Below, piece by piece: positions 27,306 through 32,000 of a stretch of DNA of 32,000 nucleotides. Source of the stretch: Candidatus Thorarchaeota archaeon (GTDB taxonomy: Archaea > Asgardarchaeota > Thorarchaeia > Thorarchaeales > Thorarchaeaceae); contig SHMX01000003.1 of NCBI GenBank assembly GCA_008080745.1, forward strand, positions 420,001 through 452,000, written 5' to 3'. Position 1 is the first letter of the stretch. Every line of letters begins with the position of its first letter. The notes below the pieces were generated by a model. The model ran no database searches, was not told the DNA's origin, and saw only the letters and a list, made by a program, of their open reading frames with translations. Both the position numbers and the translations under genes were made by a program.

Positions 27306-28571
27306 ATGGGAAAGACTATCGCTGAAAAAATACTGGGAGCTCATACGAAACAAGGTGAAGCTAGTGCCGGAGAAACAATAGAGGCATCAGTAGATCTTCT
27401 TATGGTACATGAAGTATTAGGATCTAGAATAATTCCAATCCTAGATGAAATGTGTGTTGAAGAAGTGTGGGACCCCAACCGAATACTTGTTGTTAATGAC
27501 CATTGGGCTCCTGCTGCGGATATAGATAGTGCGGAAATACACAGAAGGAACCGAGATTTTGTTAGAAAACATGGAATCAAGCACTTTTGTGATGTGGATT
27601 GTGGTATCTGTCATCAGGTACTTCCAGAGATGGGTTTGGTAAAACCAGGAGATCTCGTAATTGGAAGTGATTCTCATTCAACAACTTACGGAGCATTCAA
27701 TGCTTTTTCTACAGGTCTAGCTGCAACGGATAGTGCAATTATCATTGCAACCGGAAGATGCTGGTTCAAAGTTCCCTATACCATCAAAATAACGGTAGAA
27801 GGCACGATTCCAGAATGGACTATGAGTAAAGATCTCATACTCAAGATAATCTCAGACCTTGGTTCCTCATATGCCACATATCAATCAATGGAATTCCATG
27901 GCTCAACCATTGATAGGATGAGTGTTGGATCACGCATGACTATCAGCAATATGACAGTAGAGATGGGAGCAAAATGTTCACCTATGCTGGTTAACAATCA
28001 CGTAGAAGCTTGGATGAAAGAGAGAGCTCCTCATATTGAATGGAAACCAATCATTCCAGACAGTGATGCAGAATATGTGGAAGAGATAGAATACGATCTA
28101 GTTAGTGATGTACTAGAACCTATAGTTGCTCTTCCTCATAGTCCAGAAAATGGTAGACCGATTGATGAAGTTGATGAGATAGAAGTCGATCAGTGTTTCA
28201 TAGGGTCTTGCACCAATGGCAGATTGGAAGATTTAGCTATAGCAGCCAAGTTACTGAAAGGAAAGAAAATAGCCTCCAATACCAGACTAATCGTGACTCC
28301 TGCAAGCAGAGAAACCTATCTACAAGCTCTGAAAGCAGGATATGTTGAGATATTTCTGGAGGCAGGTGGTATTGTGACTAATTCCACGTGCGGAGCATGT
28401 GTTGGGGGTCATCTTGGTGTTCTAGGAAAAGGAGAAATTGCAATATCCAGTACTAATCGAAATTTCAGAGGGCGAATGGGTCATCTGGAATCTGAGATAT
28501 ACTTAGCATCTCCTGCAACTGTAGCTGCCAGTGCGATAAAGGGAAAAATAACTGACCCCAGGAGGATATGA
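27306..28571 (+). CDS. 3-isopropylmalate dehydratase / homoaconitase large subunit (LeuC/AksD/HacA family)
   Basis: DH, GICHQV, GSDSHSTT.GA, FIGSCTNGR, CGACVGG and STNRNF.GRMG motifs ([4Fe-4S] ligands present). Confidence 0.95.
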   Translation: MGKTIAEKILGAHTKQGEASAGETIEASVDLLMVHEVLGSRIIPILDEMCVEEVWDPNRILVVNDHWAPAADIDSAEIHRRNRDFVRKHGIKHFCDVDCGICHQVLPEMGLVKPGDLVIGSDSHSTTYGAFNAFSTGLAATDSAIIIATGRCWFKVPYTIKITVEGTIPEWTMSKDLILKIISDLGSSYATYQSMEFHGSTIDRMSVGSRMTISNMTVEMGAKCSPMLVNNHVEAWMKERAPHIEWKPIIPDSDAEYVEEIEYDLVSDVLEPIVALPHSPENGRPIDEVDEIEVDQCFIGSCTNGRLEDLAIAAKLLKGKKIASNTRLIVTPASRETYLQALKAGYVEIFLEAGGIVTNSTCGACVGGHLGVLGKGEIAISSTNRNFRGRMGHLESEIYLASPATVAASAIKGKITDPRRI

Positions 28572-28572
28572 G

Positions 28573-29085
28573 ATGAAGCCTTTAGAGAAGATTGCAGGTC
28601 GAGCATGGGTTTTTGGCGACAACATCAATACGGATCAGATAATCCAGGGACAATATCTTACTCTCTTAGATTACAAGAAGATGGCAGAACATACGCTTGA
28701 GATTCCCAGACCCGAATTTGTTGATCGAGTCCAAGAAGGGGATATCATCGTTGCAGGAGATAATTTCGGTAGTGGTTCATCCCGAGAAGAAGCCCCACAA
28801 GTTATAAAAGAAGTGGGAATTCGAGCAATAATCGCTGAATCTTTCGCACGAATTTTTTACAGAAATACTTTCAACATAGGCATCCCCGCAATTCAAATCC
28901 CATCCATTTGTGATTATGTAGATGATGGAGATAGAGTTGTGATAGACATCGAATTGGGCAGAGTTACTATTCCTTCGAAACAGAAAACCTTTGAAACGCC
29001 CCCTCTTCCAGAGGTAGTCCGGGAGATTCTTTTTACAGGAGGAGCAGTAGAATGGTTTCGCAAACGCACAGATCGGTCGTGTTAG
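28573..29085 (+). CDS. 3-isopropylmalate dehydratase / homoaconitase small subunit (LeuD/AksE family)
   Basis: GDNINTDQII..QYL, GDNFGSGSSRE.AP, SFARIFYRN motifs. Confidence 0.95.
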   Translation: MKPLEKIAGRAWVFGDNINTDQIIQGQYLTLLDYKKMAEHTLEIPRPEFVDRVQEGDIIVAGDNFGSGSSREEAPQVIKEVGIRAIIAESFARIFYRNTFNIGIPAIQIPSICDYVDDGDRVVIDIELGRVTIPSKQKTFETPPLPEVVREILFTGGAVEWFRKRTDRSC

Positions 29086-29152
29086 CCACACAGAAGCTTT
29101 AAGCAGGTCTGTGTTATCAGGAAGACAGGACAACTGTCGTAGGTGCAGTTAC

Positions 29153-30937
29153 ATGAATGTAATGGTATTTCTATTAATCTCACTCATTGTCCATTCGATC
29201 CCGATTCCATACCGGCCAGGTATGCTCAGGATTGGAAGTCTGCTCAAATGGCTTCCAATGCGGTTGGTTTGGGGAACGATTGCTTGGGCAGTGATTTGTG
29301 TTTTGGCTATGACAACATTGCCATGGGCCATAATTGGACTGATCATGAGCTATGGCTTGCTTCTTCTTATCTCAAGTGGATTCAGACCGATGGATCTTGA
29401 TCAGATGTTGGACGGTATACGGGTTCCTTTTACCTGTCTTGGTCTTCTCATTATCCTCTTTGTGCCAATTTTCTCAGGTGCAATATCATGGACTTCTGAT
29501 GTTTCCAATGCAGAATTTTTCGATGATATGATTATAGAAACGGATGAGCTACTTTTCGAGAATCCCATTCCAGATAATATGGTCAGATTGGTGACCTCGG
29601 AATATGCAAGTTATGTTGCTTATCAGCGAATCTCACCCTTTGGGTCAAATGTAGATGTTGCTTCTGCACATATAACAACATATCAGGGAAGGCTTGTCTG
29701 GGTATGTACAATCATATCGACTAACGTACTGGCTGAGAACTTCATCAAGGGTTTCATTATTGTTGATGCCAACGATCCACAAAATATCGAACCGATTCTG
29801 GTCAATGGAACAACTTTACCTGTAGGAGAGGGTCTCTTCTGGGATAAGAATATCCAATTTAGCAACTATCTAGAAGACATGACAATGGCATACCAATATG
29901 CCTATCCAACCTGGACTCCTTCAGGAGAGATGGTTTATGTTCAGACACGAACTCCATTGGGATTTGATTTTGTTGAACGTGCTATTGGGCCTAGAATCTA
30001 CTTTGAAAATGGAACCTCTAAAGCATACGATAGTATAGCGGATACCCCGGATTGGGTCACTCAAGCCTATGCTGAAGAATGGCTAGAACGGCAAGTAACA
30101 CGGTGGGGTGGCTATCGGAGAGCGGATAGTTTTGATCTGTTTGCAGGAGGATTCCTGTGGGTTGTACCACCTTCAAATGATCGATTGGAGATGACTGAAG
30201 ATACACGATATATTGTAAATCCAGATACATCTCGTGTTGAGGCATTTATCGCAGTACATCCAATTACCAATTCAAGATCATTGGCAGGTGTGTTTCGTGC
30301 AACAAAAGACACAGTCTATTACCACGATCTTAGTGCCTTCAGTTATGTTAGTGGAGATGCAGCAACAGCAAATGTAGTTGGACAGCTCCCACCACCAGCA
30401 GAAGGTTTCTACTATGGAGCTATGCCACTGCTCTATCCCGTGCAAATAAATTCGACCTTCACCAAATGGACATGGTATAGTCCAATATATTGGGCAAGAG
30501 GGTACTACGATGACGATACGGATGACTTCTATATATCAGATATGAGGTTACATGCCTTAGCAATGGTGGATGCTTCAAATGTTGACAAATATGTCATTAG
30601 AGAATTGCAGGGGTCGCTAAGTGGAGAAGACCTCGTACGAGCTACAAGAGAAGAGTTCATTGGATTATTTGGAGGCGTCATAGAGGAAGAAACTGACCAA
30701 GACTTCACAATTACAGCGAATGTAACCAGTATTATCTCCTATGTTGATGATGGAGATACCCATATTGTATTGGGTACAGATAATGCTACGTATCCCTATA
30801 TTGAAGGCACCAAATTATGGATGAATCTTACTGATTGGTACGAACTGTTAAATCTCCAAGTGGGTGATAACTTCACAGCAACGTTGAGGGAGTTTGGTGA
30901 TCAATTCAGAATCGTCGCCATAGCTAAGAATTCGTAA
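29153..30937 (+). CDS. Membrane protein with about 4 N-terminal TMs and a large extracytoplasmic domain, hypothetical
   Basis: AGGTG SD at 29141-29145 supports the ATG at 29153 rather than 29111; aromatic/acidic ectodomain with N-x-S/T sequons. Confidence 0.75.
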   Translation: MNVMVFLLISLIVHSIPIPYRPGMLRIGSLLKWLPMRLVWGTIAWAVICVLAMTTLPWAIIGLIMSYGLLLLISSGFRPMDLDQMLDGIRVPFTCLGLLIILFVPIFSGAISWTSDVSNAEFFDDMIIETDELLFENPIPDNMVRLVTSEYASYVAYQRISPFGSNVDVASAHITTYQGRLVWVCTIISTNVLAENFIKGFIIVDANDPQNIEPILVNGTTLPVGEGLFWDKNIQFSNYLEDMTMAYQYAYPTWTPSGEMVYVQTRTPLGFDFVERAIGPRIYFENGTSKAYDSIADTPDWVTQAYAEEWLERQVTRWGGYRRADSFDLFAGGFLWVVPPSNDRLEMTEDTRYIVNPDTSRVEAFIAVHPITNSRSLAGVFRATKDTVYYHDLSAFSYVSGDAATANVVGQLPPPAEGFYYGAMPLLYPVQINSTFTKWTWYSPIYWARGYYDDDTDDFYISDMRLHALAMVDASNVDKYVIRELQGSLSGEDLVRATREEFIGLFGGVIEEETDQDFTITANVTSIISYVDDGDTHIVLGTDNATYPYIEGTKLWMNLTDWYELLNLQVGDNFTATLREFGDQFRIVAIAKNS

Positions 30938-30944
30938 GCAGCAA

Positions 30945-30982
30945 AGGAGGGGGGCTTTCCCTCCCTCTCGCTTCTTTTATTT
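30945..30982. terminator. GC-rich hairpin plus T-rich tract between convergent genes
   Basis: GGAGGG (30946-30951) / CCCTCC (30959-30964) followed by CTTCTTTTATTT. Confidence 0.5.
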
Positions 30983-31537
30983 CTAGGATTTTCCTAAGAC
31001 TCGCTCTTTCATAGATTGATATTTTTTCTTGATGACAGACCACACACTACGATTCTTTGATTCGTTCGCTAAAGATGCCATGGGACACTTATCACCAAGA
31101 GGACATTGATCTTCGAATCCATCATGATCATGCAGAGCAGATGGTAGTGCAGTAGTGAGTAGATCGTTTTTGAATTCATTCATGATATCTGATGAAATAT
31201 GAGACCAATCGCGTTCCCGATATTTTTCCTGCATAAGAACAGACTGGACTTCCTCAAAGACTTTCTCTGCTAGAGTAGAATCATCCTCAGACAGGCCTAT
31301 AACAATGGAATGACCTTGGGGAGTAGTTTTTGAGAATCGCATCTCAGTATCGCCCATTCGTACGGACTCCAGCCGGAGACCCTCTGATAGAGTTGGGGGT
31401 ATGGTTTCAATGGCTGAAAGAAATCCTGATAACAATTCGGGATTTTTGAAAGCGGCTTTGCAAAAGTGGCCATAACATTTACTATAGATTGGTAGGCCTG
31501 ATTCAGTGTAGACCATTAGATATTCAAGACGAGTCAT
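30983..31537 (-). CDS. Longin-like domain protein with a C-terminal His/Cys motif and basic amphipathic tail
   Basis: YLMVYTESGLPIYSK beta-hairpin, ELLSGFLSAI helix and three following beta-strands match the longin fold pattern; HDH...CP...CP; WSVIKKKYQSMKERV tail. Confidence 0.7.
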   Translation of the reverse strand: MTRLEYLMVYTESGLPIYSKCYGHFCKAAFKNPELLSGFLSAIETIPPTLSEGLRLESVRMGDTEMRFSKTTPQGHSIVIGLSEDDSTLAEKVFEEVQSVLMQEKYRERDWSHISSDIMNEFKNDLLTTALPSALHDHDGFEDQCPLGDKCPMASLANESKNRSVWSVIKKKYQSMKERVLGKS

Positions 31538-31584
31538 AATATCTCCTCAGATATGCAATATTAGAAAGTAGCTAACTATAAAGA

Positions 31585-31625
31585 AATAGTTTTTGTAAGA
31601 GAGGGGGAGGACCCCCAAATCTTAC
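31585..31625 (-). terminator. Putative hairpin terminator after the acyl-CoA dehydrogenase
   Basis: GTAAGA(31595-31600)...GGGGG-AGGA-CCCCC(31603-31616)...TCTTAC(31620-31625) inverted repeat. The T-tract here lies on the + strand just 5-prime of the stem, so there is no clear U-tail on the - strand. Confidence 0.3.
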
Positions 31626-32000
31626 TATTTTGGATAAAATTGCTTGAATACTTCGCGTTGAATAAGAAACCTCAGAATCTCTGCAGTTCCACCACCGATA
31701 GTCATTAATCGTGCATCTCTGAGAAAACGTTCTACTGGATATTCAGTAGTGTAACCAGATCCACCAAGTATCTGAAGTGCATCGTTTGTGATTTCAATTG
31801 CAGCTTCAGTAGTATAGAGTTTTGCAATAGATGCTTCACGAGTAATAGGTTCACCCCTATCGTACTTGCGAGCAGCCGCAAGAGTCAAAGCTCTACCAGC
31901 TTCAAGTTTCATTGACATATTTGCAATCTTGAAGCTTACTCCTTCAAACATTCTAATAGGTCTTCCAAACTGTTCACGCTCATTAGCATGTTTTACAGAT
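31625..32000 (-). CDS. Acyl-CoA dehydrogenase, C-terminal part (truncated by the window edge)
   Basis: The frame stays open to the window end: SVKHANEREQFGRPIRMFEGV..., then ASIAKLY, LQILGGSGY, VERFLRDAR.MTIGGGTAEI. Confidence 0.95.
   Translation of the reverse strand, partial: SVKHANEREQFGRPIRMFEGVSFKIANMSMKLEAGRALTLAAARKYDRGEPITREASIAKLYTTEAAIEITNDALQILGGSGYTTEYPVERFLRDARLMTIGGGTAEILRFLIQREVFKQFYPK

Noticed and set aside
29111-29152. Longer GTG start for the 608-aa ORF
   Set aside because: The SD AGGTG at 29141-29145 and the TATA-like element near 29097 favour the ATG at 29153.
1-32000. Selenocysteine recoding, tRNA/rRNA, CRISPR, IS elements or a prophage
   Set aside because: No in-frame TGA at a catalytic Cys position, no cloverleaf or rRNA-like GC-rich segment, no repeat-spacer array, and no transposase, integrase or capsid motifs seen by eye.

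Overview
Gene-dense, AT-rich (about 40% GC by eye) chromosomal window with about 28 CDS and no rRNA, tRNA, CRISPR array or transposase that I can support. GGTGA/GAGGT-type Shine-Dalgarno sites, archaeal-type LeuC/LeuD-family genes, many TPR proteins and a stand-alone longin-like protein suggest an Asgard archaeon (Thorarchaeia-like); this is inference. Layout: (1) 47-6637 accessory-looking block with two C-terminally anchored surface proteins, a secreted protein with two amphipathic beta-hairpins, and an ankyrin protein; (2) 6686-10600 hybrid histidine kinase, SCP2, DUF1858 and panB; (3) 10682-17728, the most interesting part: a membrane-anchored protein of about 11 winged-helix-like repeats resembling UFL1/DDRGK1, abutting a P2A-type ATPase whose Ca2+-site residues are replaced (PEGLP to PINIP, N796 to V, D800 to H), transcribed divergently from a subtilase with site-1-protease (MBTPS1)-like architecture; (4) 17968-32000 MFS, PHP phosphatase, TPRs, GH36, FAH-family enzyme, a leuBCD/aksFDE-like operon, a membrane protein, a longin-like protein and a partial acyl-CoA dehydrogenase. 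All family assignments come from motif reading and remembered reference sequences, not from database searches.
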